The notes: generated from the sequence alone by a model not told the origin. Positions 12,247 through 23,601 are shown, numbered from the stretch's first letter. The stretch is DNA of 64,000 bases from Nemertoderma westbladi (GCA_032718475.1 JAUCBJ010001356.1:19713-83712); one strand, 5' to 3'. Made by a program: numbers and translations.

Positions 12247-13335
12247 ATGCCACGCAAGATGAAACCGATTTTAAGCCGAAGCTTAGACAAAAAACTGTTA
12301 AGAATTTATTTAGATCCTTCATCCCCTGCGGGTTTTGCAAGTATCGCAAAATTAGCAAAAGCCGCAAACATCAAACCAGCTCAAGCCCAGAAATGGTTGA
12401 GCGGGCAAAAGACATACTCCCTTCACGCACCACGTAGACATCATTATCCAACATCTAAAATATTTACGGGAGGCTTAAAAGATATATATATGATAGATCT
12501 GGTGGATATGCAGCAATATAAATCGCAAAATAATAATTATAACTATATATTAACATGTATTGATGCCTTTAGCCGGCTTGCTTTTGCCTATGGTATGAAA
12601 ACAAAAAAGGGTATTGAAATTATTAGTATATTGCAAAAAATATTCCAGAAAGGAAAACCAAACAGAATCGCAACTGATCAAGGGTCTGAGTTTCTAAATA
12701 AATCTGTAAGGAAATATTTAGATACTATTGGTATACAGTATTATGTAATGTATTCTGTGAATAAGGCGGCTATTGTCGAGAGATTCAATAGAACATTAAA
12801 AACAAAGATGTTCAAAATTTTCACGCAACGGGGAAATAATGTTTGGATAAAAATTTTACCGAAGCTCATTTATGCTTATAATAGGTCATATCATAGGACA
12901 ATACAAATGACACCCATTGAAGTTAATAAATTTAATGAAACTGAATTAATGAATAGATTATATGGGAAATATAGACAGATTAATCACAAGAAAATAAAAT
13001 TTAAAGTTGGAGATACAGTACGATTATCTATCGCTCGTACTGCTTTTGCTAAAGGCTATCGAGAACAATGGACACGTGAATTATTTATTATTCATCGGGT
13101 CAGATTGGATAGAGTACCAGCGGTAATGTTCGATATTAAGGACAGCGCTGGAGCTATAATAAATGGCTCATTTTATTCATACGAACTCCAAAAGGTCCAC
13201 CCGAATAGTAATATTTATCTTCCGATTGACAAAAATATTGGCAAACTTAAAGAACGTGTACGCAATGGGAAAAAAGAATATTTAGTCCGATTCATCGGAT
13301 CCAAGAAACAGTCGTGGGTACAGCATATTCAATAA
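12247..13335 (+). CDS. Retroviral-like (rve/c-integrase) DDE integrase with C-terminal chromo-like segment
   Basis: IDLVDM, TDQGSEF and VERFNRTLK catalytic triad; FYSYELQKV; KEYLVRF...SWV. Confidence 0.95.
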   Translation: MPRKMKPILSRSLDKKLLRIYLDPSSPAGFASIAKLAKAANIKPAQAQKWLSGQKTYSLHAPRRHHYPTSKIFTGGLKDIYMIDLVDMQQYKSQNNNYNYILTCIDAFSRLAFAYGMKTKKGIEIISILQKIFQKGKPNRIATDQGSEFLNKSVRKYLDTIGIQYYVMYSVNKAAIVERFNRTLKTKMFKIFTQRGNNVWIKILPKLIYAYNRSYHRTIQMTPIEVNKFNETELMNRLYGKYRQINHKKIKFKVGDTVRLSIARTAFAKGYREQWTRELFIIHRVRLDRVPAVMFDIKDSAGAIINGSFYSYELQKVHPNSNIYLPIDKNIGKLKERVRNGKKEYLVRFIGSKKQSWVQHIQ

Positions 13336-13598
13336 GTTTAGGTTTATACTGTATATTAATTCATTTTGGTCACATATGTCCGTAATTAATTAATCAATCA
13401 ATATTAACTCGAATGATATTACTATACTATAGTTCATTCGCTTTAAATAAAGCCAGTAAAATATTGATCCCTCGCATATACTGTAGAAGTGGGAATGAAC
13501 GTGGTCACAGATGTCTATAATTTAACATTATACCGTACTGTACTGTACTGTATGTACAAAGGAGTCAAGTAGAGAGAGCTTAAATAATAATAATAATA

Positions 13599-14471
13599 AT
13601 GGCTGTAGATACATATATCACTCTACTTTCAGATAGCTCATTAAACACTTACCCCAATAATAACCCTAGCGAGTTTACTGTTGATTTAGCCGAAGAATTA
13701 TATATTGGTCCAAACGCTAAAATTGGACTCGCCGAGATACAATACCAAGCAACATACAGTAATATTACTCTGCAAACTCAAATCTCGCTGTCAATCGGGG
13801 TAGATGCAAAAGATGCCAAATTATACAGTTTATTTCCTGGTATGCATAGCTCTATTCAAGTCATTATTGATGATATAAATAAACTGTTTAATTCTGAAGC
13901 GAAATATAGAGATTTCGAATTCATTTTTAATACAAATTATTCTAGAATTAAATTTAAATTTCCTAAAAAGTTGAAAAAAATACAATTAAGTCTACGCGGT
14001 GATTTAATTCAAATTCTAGGCTTAAAACCGTTATTGGATCAGAATCATCCGAGTATTCCGAATTGGGATATATACAGTACCACTACAGTGGATGAATTAA
14101 GCAATATAGAACAGCCGATATTAATTTTAAATTATAGTGGACCAAAAATTTCGGAAATTGGGATTTTAGATTTTCCAGCTCCCACGAATATTACTCGTAA
14201 TAAAGATACAATCTTCATATATACAGATATTATTAAGAGCTCATTTGTTGGTGACGCTTTAGCACCGCTCTTAAGAACCTGTCCTTTAACACAATTAAAT
14301 CGAAAATATATTAATCACGAATACAAGAGCATTTGCTATTACCGGTTGTTGAATAAAAAACTAAAAACAATCTTAATTACTTTACGTGACGGTCAAGGTG
14401 AATTAATTAATTTCAACGGCGGTCGCACTGTTATAACACTTAAGTTAATACGCGGTGGTGGTGATGGATGA
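13599..14471 (+). CDS. Minor capsid protein (penton-like) 1
   Basis: YITLxSDSSxxxYPNNxPSEF N-terminus; FIYTDII...VGDxxAPLLR...I.LRD..G C-terminus. Confidence 0.85.
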   Translation: MAVDTYITLLSDSSLNTYPNNNPSEFTVDLAEELYIGPNAKIGLAEIQYQATYSNITLQTQISLSIGVDAKDAKLYSLFPGMHSSIQVIIDDINKLFNSEAKYRDFEFIFNTNYSRIKFKFPKKLKKIQLSLRGDLIQILGLKPLLDQNHPSIPNWDIYSTTTVDELSNIEQPILILNYSGPKISEIGILDFPAPTNITRNKDTIFIYTDIIKSSFVGDALAPLLRTCPLTQLNRKYINHEYKSICYYRLLNKKLKTILITLRDGQGELINFNGGRTVITLKLIRGGGDG

Positions 14472-15309
14472 GTTCTACGTTAGACTACCAAGTAACTCCT
14501 GTCCAATTGATTTTCCTCGTAATACTGGTAGTAATTATCAGATCAATTTCCATGGTGCCTTACCTATAAATCCAAACGAAAACTGGGTGGTAGGTATAAA
14601 AAGTATATTTTACTTAGCCACATTACCGTCCATGTATAACAATGTAGAGAATGTTATTTTATTAAAAAAAAGGAAAAAAAATTTTGAGGATACACTTCCA
14701 TCCGGTTTGTTCTACAGTATCAATGACATTATAGATTATTTTAACACTGGGGCGTTGAAAGATAAATTACAAATAGTTGAAAATACTCAGCAAAATAGGT
14801 TGCAATTTATTTCAGGGAAAACTGTACGAGAGTTATTTATAGGTCAACAATTAGCCTATTATTTTGGAATTACTGAAAATAATCTCGGCGCGAATTTAAA
14901 TCCAAATTTTAAAATTATTTTGAAGACGAAAAATAATATAAAGGGTTATTTAATAAAGGTTATCGGAAATGAAGAAAAAGCTTACCAGATGGTATTTTTA
15001 TGCCCTCAACCACCCAATTCTATTCCAGAACCTAAATCGAACATGTACGTGACTAGTAATATAATTGAAAATGAATATATTAATGACTTTGGTTTAGCCT
15101 TACTTCGTCGTGTCGCGATACCTGATGATGTGAAATATGGTAGTATAATAAATAAAGAATTTGTCAAGGATACAATTCATTATATCCCTGTAAAAAAATC
15201 ATATAAGATAACATACATTCATATTGAAATAACAGACAAAGAAGGAAAAGATTTGAATTTTGAATACGGCACAACTTCAATTACCTTACACTTTAAAAAA
15301 ATAAATTAA
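14464..15309 (+). CDS. Minor capsid protein (penton-like) 2, tandem paralog
   Basis: FYVRLPSNS...FPxNTxSNY, WxVG, MYVxSNII, ITLHFKK; probable ATG at 14464 or 14467. Confidence 0.85.
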   Translation: MDEFYVRLPSNSCPIDFPRNTGSNYQINFHGALPINPNENWVVGIKSIFYLATLPSMYNNVENVILLKKRKKNFEDTLPSGLFYSINDIIDYFNTGALKDKLQIVENTQQNRLQFISGKTVRELFIGQQLAYYFGITENNLGANLNPNFKIILKTKNNIKGYLIKVIGNEEKAYQMVFLCPQPPNSIPEPKSNMYVTSNIIENEYINDFGLALLRRVAIPDDVKYGSIINKEFVKDTIHYIPVKKSYKITYIHIEITDKEGKDLNFEYGTTSITLHFKKIN

Positions 15310-15310
15310 A

Positions 15311-15874
15311 ATGGATTCCGATTTATTTCAAAGATACAGTAAACCTCAATATGGTGGTGCAGACTCTAATCTTGCTGTTTTTAAAGGTGGAAGAAGTACG
15401 AGAGGCTTGACGCAAGTTCCTGTTTTTCGAAGTGGTTCATATATTGACCCTTACGGACAACAAATTGGTGCATTTGGTCCAAACTTAAAACAACGTCGTT
15501 TTCAACGTTATCGTAGAGGTATGTTGCGAACAAATCAACACGGGGAAGGTATATTTACAGACGCTTTATCTACATTGAAAAAATTTGGTAAGCCATTAGC
15601 AAAAAAAGTGTTACAAAAAGCTTTACCATTTACCACAAAATTTATGAGACAACACGTAATACCAAAAGGTAAGCGGGTCTTACATCAGCAGTCTAATACG
15701 GTTATTAATAAAGCATTAAATAAAATGAAACCATCAACAAGATCTGTTGTAGAAAAAGTTTATAGAGATTTAAAGCAACCTACTAGGCCAATGTCTATGA
15801 ACATACATCATCGTCGTAGTAAAAATAGAAAAATAAAAGGCAAACTGAAACACTGCAAAAAAAGTATTTTTTAA
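15311..15874 (+). CDS. Arg/Lys-rich core/cement-like protein with adenain-type cleavage sites
   Basis: QYGG|A and QHGEG|IF motifs, very basic C-terminus, position between penton and MCP. Confidence 0.7.
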   Translation: MDSDLFQRYSKPQYGGADSNLAVFKGGRSTRGLTQVPVFRSGSYIDPYGQQIGAFGPNLKQRRFQRYRRGMLRTNQHGEGIFTDALSTLKKFGKPLAKKVLQKALPFTTKFMRQHVIPKGKRVLHQQSNTVINKALNKMKPSTRSVVEKVYRDLKQPTRPMSMNIHHRRSKNRKIKGKLKHCKKSIF

Positions 15875-15894
15875 TAATTTCAATTATTAAGGAA

Positions 15895-17136
15895 TTGGAT
15901 TTATTTTCTACACAGCCAATACAGACTGAATTTAAAGCAAAGCATTATGAAACAATTTACCCGGTATCCAATCTCAGAAGTGAGTCTAGGGAAGTCACAT
16001 TCCTTGTACCAAGATCCAATGAATTCTATACGAAACTGCAAGATGCGTTATTAATTACAAAATGTACTGTATGGTGGGATAGACAACTTGAAAACTCCCA
16101 TATTTATATGTTGAATTACCCTTCTGGGACTATGTGGAGTGATATTAAAATAGACCTTAATGAGAAGCAGGTTGAAAATAGAAATAACCATTATTTCTAC
16201 AAGTCGTACTTATCCAATTTACTATTTACAACATACGAATCTAAAAATGGGCTACTGGGGGCGGGTGGCTTTCATCAGCCTTTATCCGAACACGGAAATG
16301 AAATTAATCCTGGTGCGCATCCTATTGGCGATGCCTTTAGTAAACAAATGCAATTTGTAAGTGGATTGACAATTGATTTTGATACTGAAACTAAAATAAT
16401 ACAACCTGGGTATGATTTAAGAATGCATTTTAGAAAAGTATCAAATTCGTTTATTTTTAAAATCACTCCAAACGCAAACGCTGTGACAAATCTTCGGTTA
16501 GAATTAGATGAAGTAAAGATCCTAATCCCTAGAATGGAGGTTAATCCAGTAATAGAAAGCAGTCACCTAAAAGGTTTAGAGAGTTACGATATTGAATATC
16601 AATTCCAAAAAAAGGAGGTTACAACATTTACTATTCCCGCTCAAACCACAAATTACACCCAAACAAACATATTTGATGGTAAAAAACCCAAATTAGTTAT
16701 TATCGGTTTTATAAGAAATAATGCATATTCGGGAGAATTAATTAGTAACCCCTTGAAATTTGAACATTTTAACCTTAGACGCGCGGAACTGATTGTAGAC
16801 GGTCTTCCAGTAGGTGGTGTAATATACGAGCCTAATTTTACAGATGGAACATACATTTTTGAGTATACTCAATTAATGAAAAACATTAATACATATATTA
16901 ACGGTTATGGAGGTAATAATATAGAACATGAAACCTACTTAGGTAATTGCCAACTCATATCCTGGGACCTAACCGCCGACGGCTATGTTAGAGATCCGCA
17001 ACCATCGATATATACTAACAGCCAATTAAAATTAAGATTTGCCGAACCGTTGGTTGAGACCATAAATGTAATCGTTTTTAATATTTATGATCATTCATTA
17101 AGTTTAAATAGCAGGAAAGAAATACATATCGATTAA
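15895..17136 (+). CDS. Major capsid protein (double jelly-roll, hexon-like); no in-frame ATG at the expected start
   Basis: (KE)LDLFS.QP.QT...YP...TF.VP N-terminus; FDGKKPK...NPLKFEHF...DLT; LRFAEPL C-terminus, typical of Polinton MCPs. Confidence 0.85.
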   Translation: MDLFSTQPIQTEFKAKHYETIYPVSNLRSESREVTFLVPRSNEFYTKLQDALLITKCTVWWDRQLENSHIYMLNYPSGTMWSDIKIDLNEKQVENRNNHYFYKSYLSNLLFTTYESKNGLLGAGGFHQPLSEHGNEINPGAHPIGDAFSKQMQFVSGLTIDFDTETKIIQPGYDLRMHFRKVSNSFIFKITPNANAVTNLRLELDEVKILIPRMEVNPVIESSHLKGLESYDIEYQFQKKEVTTFTIPAQTTNYTQTNIFDGKKPKLVIIGFIRNNAYSGELISNPLKFEHFNLRRAELIVDGLPVGGVIYEPNFTDGTYIFEYTQLMKNINTYINGYGGNNIEHETYLGNCQLISWDLTADGYVRDPQPSIYTNSQLKLRFAEPLVETINVIVFNIYDHSLSLNSRKEIHID

Positions 17137-17150
17137 GTATGTTATCTACA

Positions 17151-20141
17151 CGTTCGTGGGGCCTTCGCGCAGCACGAGGCCCAGTTATGAGATACAAATT
17201 AAAATTGAGCGACTGTATCACAAAATCAGGTTTTGAGAAATTTACCCATACCACCAATCAATCCAAGAAAGGGGGACAGTACGTGTTCACCCCTTTTAAT
17301 CTCTCCACCCCCCCCCCCCCCCCCCCACCCTTCCCAACCACCAATACATAACCGCGACATCTACCACCCACGGAAGGGTAGAACAAACTTATTTCCAATC
17401 GCACGTTCAATATGCAAAGCCAGGTGGTGTATAGGAATATAATCAATGCCGTACTCGTCTTAATTATTATAAGCGTCGTTGCGCTCATCCTGTTTTGTAT
17501 TTGAATATATTTCCTAAACGCAGACTGGCAATCTTTATAACTATGGATACGTGCAATATGCGAAACCAGGAATGGTTCATAGGAATATAATCAATGCAGA
17601 ACGCAGTACTAAATGCAGTCGATGCAGTAATGATATTCAAATAATTAATTTAATACCAGTACCCTCTGTTAATGCCTCAGTGTAAAAACTTAGACAATTC
17701 AACTACAAAGAAATCCCATCAAAAAATAATAAGCCCAATATTTATGAGGAAAAAACAAGTATGGATATAAATAAGCCTTCTGCAGTGGTAAAATGTTATT
17801 GACTGACATTTATTAAATGAGATCTGTCTAACACACAATAACACAATAATAGACTGAATAGTAGGGAATTCAGATTTCCATCTCGTTAGCTAGCTATGGC
17901 CAATCTGTCTACCGGCCTGTACACATGTGGTTACTTACATTCACATTCCCATTGAAGAGCACTGGCTGTTCTACACACACCAAACATCCTTCCTATCTTA
18001 TGTACCAGCACCGAGCCAACTTGGATGTTAACCAATAAATGAGCAGTATTTAATGAGAATCAATTTTTTTTGCCGTTTTAATTACTTTAGATCAATTAAA
18101 GACACAATTATTAAAGCAAATCACTTGAACTAATTAAAAACTATAATAGAATGGCGTATGTGGATTACATCTGTATAATTTTTAATTATAATTATTTAAA
18201 TCTTATACTGTAAAACAATTAATTTCCTTTAAAAGGCAGGTTGAAAATGGTGTTTTTACCGTAATCAACTTAATTAACTAATTAACTGCTATTATCTTAG
18301 CTTCTCGAAGGCCACACGGAAATTCTACTTGGAAAATTTCTAAACTTTTGCCAAACAACATGTGTACCAAGTTTGGATAGATTTCATCAAAGATTGGCCG
18401 AGTTATTAACGTTTAAAATTGAACGCGACAGAACGACAGAACGACAGAACGACACGTTCGTGGGGCCTTCGCGCAGCACGAGGCCCAGTTATGAGATACA
18501 AATTAAAATTGTGCGACTGTATCACAAAATCAGGTTATGAGATATTAACCCACACCACCAATTAATCAAAGAAAGGGGGACAGTACGTGTTCACCCCTTT
18601 TAATCTGCACACCCCCCCCCCCCCCCCTCCCCCCACCCACCAATACATAACCGCGACATCTACCACCCACGGAAGGGTAGCACGAACTTATTTCCAATCG
18701 CACGTTAAATATGCAAAGCCAGGTGGTTTATAGGAATATAATAAACGCAGTACTCGTTTTCATTATAAGCCTCTTTGCGTTCGTCCTGTTTTGTATTTAA
18801 ATATATTTCTTAAACGCAGGCTAGGACGATCTTTATAATAATAATAACTAGGGATGCGATCAATATGTGAAGCCAGGTGGTTTATATAACAATTTAGTCA
18901 ACGCAGTACTCGTCTTCATTATATGCCTCGTTGCGCTCGTCGCTTGTCCTGTTTTGTCATAAAATATTTTTCCTAAACGCAGACTGACGATCTTTATACA
19001 GTTATAACTATGCGAAGTTTCGAAACTGTGCGAGTAACTGTTGATACATCTATGTGGAGATGTGTGATATGTGGAGATGTGTGATACAACGCCAACGCAT
19101 CTTATGCCGATGTAGTAATATGGGTATTGAAATAATATTAAATCAATGTACACTCTTAAAGCTGCAGCGAAAAAATGTAGCTAATTTCCTAGGTTACATA
19201 TAAAATAATAATATTATTTTTAAGAACATTAATTTTACTACTTTGCAAAAATTCAATTAAAAAATAACCAGACATATACATTGTGGAATAAACTATTTCA
19301 GAAGCCTACACAACAGCCATGCCATGGATTGTATTTATGTTATTATATCTGTCATTTACCTGAGATAGCAATACAACACTTATAGTAGAGTCAATACAGG
19401 AAGGATGTTGGGATGTTGGATTTCAAGAATGATGTCTGGGCTGGAATAGCAATACTGGTTGCCTATTACAGTACAATTCCTCTCTGGTTAGTCTACAGCC
19501 ACAACTCCAAGCCAGCTAGCTCCACACCAGCAGAGACTTGACCAATAATCATTCCCAGCAAATAGCTGCCTTACACACACATCCTTCCATCGTACCAGCA
19601 TGTTAGCCAATAAATGAGCAGTATTTAATGAGAATCAATTTTTTATGACGTTTTAATTACTTTAGATCAATTAAAGACACAATTAATAAAGCAAATCACT
19701 TGAACTAATTAAAAACTATAATAGAATGGCGTATGTGGATTACATCTGTATAATTTTTAAGTATAATTATTTAAATCTTATACTGTAAAACAATTAATTT
19801 CCTTTAAAAGGCAGGTTGAAAATGGTGTTTTTACCGTAATCAACTTAATTAACTAATTAACTGCTATTATCTTAGCTTCTCGAAGGCCACACGGAAATTC
19901 TACTTGGAAAATTTCTAAACTTTTGCCAAACAACATGTGTACCAAGTTTGGATAGATTTCATCAAAGATTGGCTGAGTTATTAACGTTTAAAATTGGACG
20001 CGACAGAACGACAGAACGACAGAACGACAGGTTGATTAATGGTACCACTACGCTAAGGCTCACTCACTTCGTGGCTCGCCCCACAGGTTGATTAATGGTA
20101 CCACTACGCTAAGGCTCACTCACTTCGTGGCTCGCCCCACA
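17151..20141 (-). mobile_element. Non-autonomous element (HINE/DINE-1-like architecture, family uncertain), outer copy
   Basis: Flanked by ACA/ACA; terminal hairpin GGGCCT...AGGCCC; (GACAGAAC)n microsatellite; outer copy = 17151-18454 + 20086-20141. Confidence 0.8.
18455..20085 (-). mobile_element. Second copy of the same element nested inside the first
   Basis: Same ends (CGTTCGTGGGG...GCTCGCCCCACA), inserted at the ACA that ends the outer copy's microsatellite; internal region diverged. Confidence 0.8.
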
Positions 20142-20613
20142 GAGGACCTTGATATGTTTCCAGTGGGTGGTCACTATTTGGGAGCGTTTTCATCTAACAA
20201 ATTACCTAAATTAGATAATAATAAGCGGAGAGATTATGGGTTAATAGTAAACACCGATAAAGAGCATCTACCCGGGGTTCATTGGATAGCTATATATATA
20301 CGAGATAATGAGGCTGAATTATTTAATTCATTTGGACCAAAATATCCAAACAGATGTATTGAAAAATGGCTTGAGAAAAATTCAGCAAGATGGCGTACTA
20401 CCCGGAAACAATTTCAAGACCCCAGGAGGACCACATGTGGATTATACTGTCTTTATTACTTGGTAAATCGAATTCACACAAACTATCCAATGAGAGCGTT
20501 TACAAATAATGTGGAAATAAATGAAATAATATTATATAAATGGCTTGTTAATTATTATAAAATAAACCAACAAGCGTTGTAATTAATCATTTAACTTTTG
20601 TTTATCAGATAAA

Positions 20614-21186
20614 ATGGATAATATTATTTTTGTTGATTTTCAATATTATACGATAGACAATAAGGAATATCCGGTAGTATTTAAAGAATTTGCTATATTC
20701 GATTCTAATTACACCAAAACTAATGTAAAGACGTTTTTAATTAAAGGTCCACCTAATATTAAGTTATCAGCATTAGATAAAGCTCACGTAAACAATTTAC
20801 GAGACATGACTTCGCATTTACCTTGGGATTACGGTGACATTTCGCAAGATGACTTTAAAAAGTACATGAAGAGACATTTAAAATATAAAAAAAATATACA
20901 TGTATTTGGGTTGATGAAGCAGGCAATATTAGTTTCCCAACTTGATGTTCTCGCACCAAATTCGATGGAGAAATTGGGGATATATCGACTATATTACAAT
21001 TATTTAACTCCATGCCTTCCAGATCAATTAACTACTACAGTAGAAGATAAATGTAGTTTTCACAAAGATGGTGATAGCTGCTTGAATTACTGCTCAGCGA
21101 AAAGGATTGGAGGGTATGTAACGAAGCGTTTAACTGAAACTGATGATAAACAGAAAGAAATAACTGCGGTGAATGATGTACAGTAG
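20614..21186 (+). CDS. DEDD-exonuclease-like Polinton accessory protein
   Basis: IIFVDFQ...FKEFA N-terminus, HLPWDYGD, C..H...C...C-terminal motif; family assignment by motif memory only. Confidence 0.55.
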   Translation: MDNIIFVDFQYYTIDNKEYPVVFKEFAIFDSNYTKTNVKTFLIKGPPNIKLSALDKAHVNNLRDMTSHLPWDYGDISQDDFKKYMKRHLKYKKNIHVFGLMKQAILVSQLDVLAPNSMEKLGIYRLYYNYLTPCLPDQLTTTVEDKCSFHKDGDSCLNYCSAKRIGGYVTKRLTETDDKQKEITAVNDVQ

Positions 21187-21867
21187 GTTTACTCTAAGCA
21201 TGTAATGTGATGGGATAATATAATTGTTTTAATGTCAATAAAAATAATAAAAACATTAAAATCTATTTTTTTATATCTCAGTTTGACTGAAGGTGTAGGG
21301 CTTAAGTTTACACTCACAAACACACCGTACCTACCGGTAGCCGGCTGTTGTATCAGAGTTTAACTACCAGTAGCTGACTTTACACACATACAGACATATA
21401 ACAACAACGCTAAACTGTAGAACGGCAGAATGGGCAGAATGGCACCCCCTTCTAGAGTGACAGCACCCACAGCGCTTTAGCGTTACTTACTAATAATAAA
21501 ATTAAATTAACTCGACATGAGGTTCGTGAATGCAGCATTAGAGGGGCCCACCTAACAATAGGCCTACTGGTACCGGCGCTGTAGCACTCTTGTAACTGTA
21601 TACTTGGATAGAGCAAGGGCATGCAGGTTTCTTCGATTTAAGGATTAGGCTATTACACTTGAATGCTTCCAATTTTCTGTTTACAACTTTAATTGGTCTA
21701 ATCTACATTACTGCGGGCTACTACTGTTGCATAGGCAAGCCTATACAGCTATAGTTAACTTTATGCGGCCCCTTTTTCGAATGTTGACCCAAAATGGTTT
21801 ACGGTACACCTTCATTCGATTAGGCATATAGGCCTAATGACTCCTCAACTGAAAGCTGACTAGCTCA

Positions 21868-22138
21868 CGGATACAATAGGTGTGGTTAGGTACCGGTAGC
21901 GCTATTGGTCCTATAAAATCCCCTCGCACTCTCTGTTACTAACTTTCAACATTCACTTTATGTCAGTATGTTGTATGCTATACAGTTAACCTTTAGAACT
22001 CACAGTCAGGCGCCCCTTCATTCAACCAGTCATATAAAGGCTCCACTCGGATACAATAGGTGTGGCTCGCGGTATACCTAACTAGGCCTATATAAAATCC
22101 ACCACATTCTCTGTTACTAACATTCACTCTATGTTGAC
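21868..22138 (+). promoter_or_regulatory. Duplicated TATA-containing module (2 copies, 180 bp apart)
   Basis: CGGATACAATAGGTGTGG...CTATAAAATCC / CTATATAAAATCC...CTCTGTTACTAAC...ATTCACT at 21868 and 22048. Confidence 0.5.
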
Positions 22139-22445
22139 GGGTCTATATAAAACATAGTTAGTTTATTTATGTATTCGCTTTTTTTTAAATTAGATATAAA
22201 ATAGGTAGACAGATTGATAACATTTATTAAATCAAATATAAAATAAACTTACTGCTACAGCTACTGCAGTAATATTTACAGTACAGTCAGGAACACTGGC
22301 CACAATTTACAACCAGAATGTATCCGCAGAAAATGCTCCAAATAGTGACTGCACGGTCACTTTTCTGGTTGTAAATATGCGAATAATTTTTCGCTGAGCT
22401 TCAGTCAGAAAGTGATCGCTGTTCCTAACTATAGTACTAAGTTTT

Positions 22446-22482
<37 letters not shown>

Positions 22483-22522
22483 CTAAATTTATTACCGGTA
22501 TTATTACCGTATTATACTTTTT

Positions 22523-22921
22523 TTATAGGCCTATATGAGGGTCCCTCAGAGGTGTTTCCTCCATTACCGGTACCTGTAAATGGTTGTTTGAGTTTATAGG
22601 CCTAACTTCTACCGGTCTTTGCATCGGTAGATCGAAGCGAAGCGTATTATCAGCATCATTCTCCCAATTCTCCGAATTTTCACTAGAGCATGTGCATGGT
22701 TGTATCCTTATATTTAGTGTGAAATCTTTAGAAATTTCAACCTTTGTTGGTGATAAAGGTACTCCATTTCCTACCGAAGTAAAGCCGATTTCAAATTTTT
22801 GGTTTATGTAACGCAACTCCATCTCGGCAATATTGGATGACGAGAGATATGTTTCGCTTGATTCCAAATCAATTTTGATACTACTTCTCATCGCTTGGTT
22901 GTTAAAAAAGGCGAATGTCAT
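22523..22921 (-). CDS. Polinton accessory protein of unknown function (132 aa)
   Basis: ATG ORF, minus-strand TATA-like element at ~23045, (GTT)n tract downstream. Confidence 0.5.
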   Translation of the reverse strand: MTFAFFNNQAMRSSIKIDLESSETYLSSSNIAEMELRYINQKFEIGFTSVGNGVPLSPTKVEISKDFTLNIRIQPCTCSSENSENWENDADNTLRFDLPMQRPVEVRPINSNNHLQVPVMEETPLRDPHIGL

Positions 22922-23601
22922 CTTCGAGGTAAGTTGTCGTCGTAACTACCGGTAAGAATTTCTTAAAATTAAATAGGCCTACTGGTATTTTTTTCTTCTT
23001 TTGTTTAACAAAATTATAGTTCACTGTTAGAAAAATTGAGTTTATATATATTTTTGTAGAGGGTCGCAGATGTTTAGATTACAAAATTCTCATAGTTAAC
23101 AAAATGCACAACATAAACCTTTCCCATGCGGATTAGTTAGCGATATATGCTCTGTTCATTGTTCTATTCTGAATGTAGGGAGATGCATAGCTGATGTTTT
23201 AATAATATGTACCGGTATACAGACTAGTAACAGATAGGAGGGCATCGTCTTTGACTATGAATACCAGCACATAGCCCTAATCTTTTCTCACCGAGCTTAG
23301 CGTTGCCTGCTGCACACACGCACACTCATAAGTAACAGATGCGCTATTGTAGCTCACTCGTGAGCAGCGATGCTTAGTTAGCTAGCTAGCTAGCTACTGC
23401 CGCTGAGTATACTATGCCTACTTGAGTGTTACAAGCAATCGCTCTACTGAAGTTAGTTAGTTAATTTCCCCCCAACTAGTTGTTGATTTTAAAAAAATAT
23501 TCATAAATTTTTTTCCAGCCAAATTTAATATATATTTTACAGTAAAAATCTCCACCACCAAACAGCAACAACAACAACAACAACAATAAATTTCACTCGC
23601 A

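Larger units (their letters stand above)
17139..20582 (+). pseudogene. Adenain-like cysteine protease split after codon 4 by a 2991-bp insertion (or a spliced gene)
   Basis: ATG TTA TCT ACA (17139-17150) joins GAG GAC CTT (20142) to give MLSTEDLDM; catalytic motifs NTD..PGVHW, FNSFG, Q...TCGLYC. Confidence 0.85.

Noticed and set aside
20088-20141. N-terminus MINGTTTLRLTHFVARP of the protease ORF
   Set aside because: Encoded by the inserted element; the real start is the ATG at 17139
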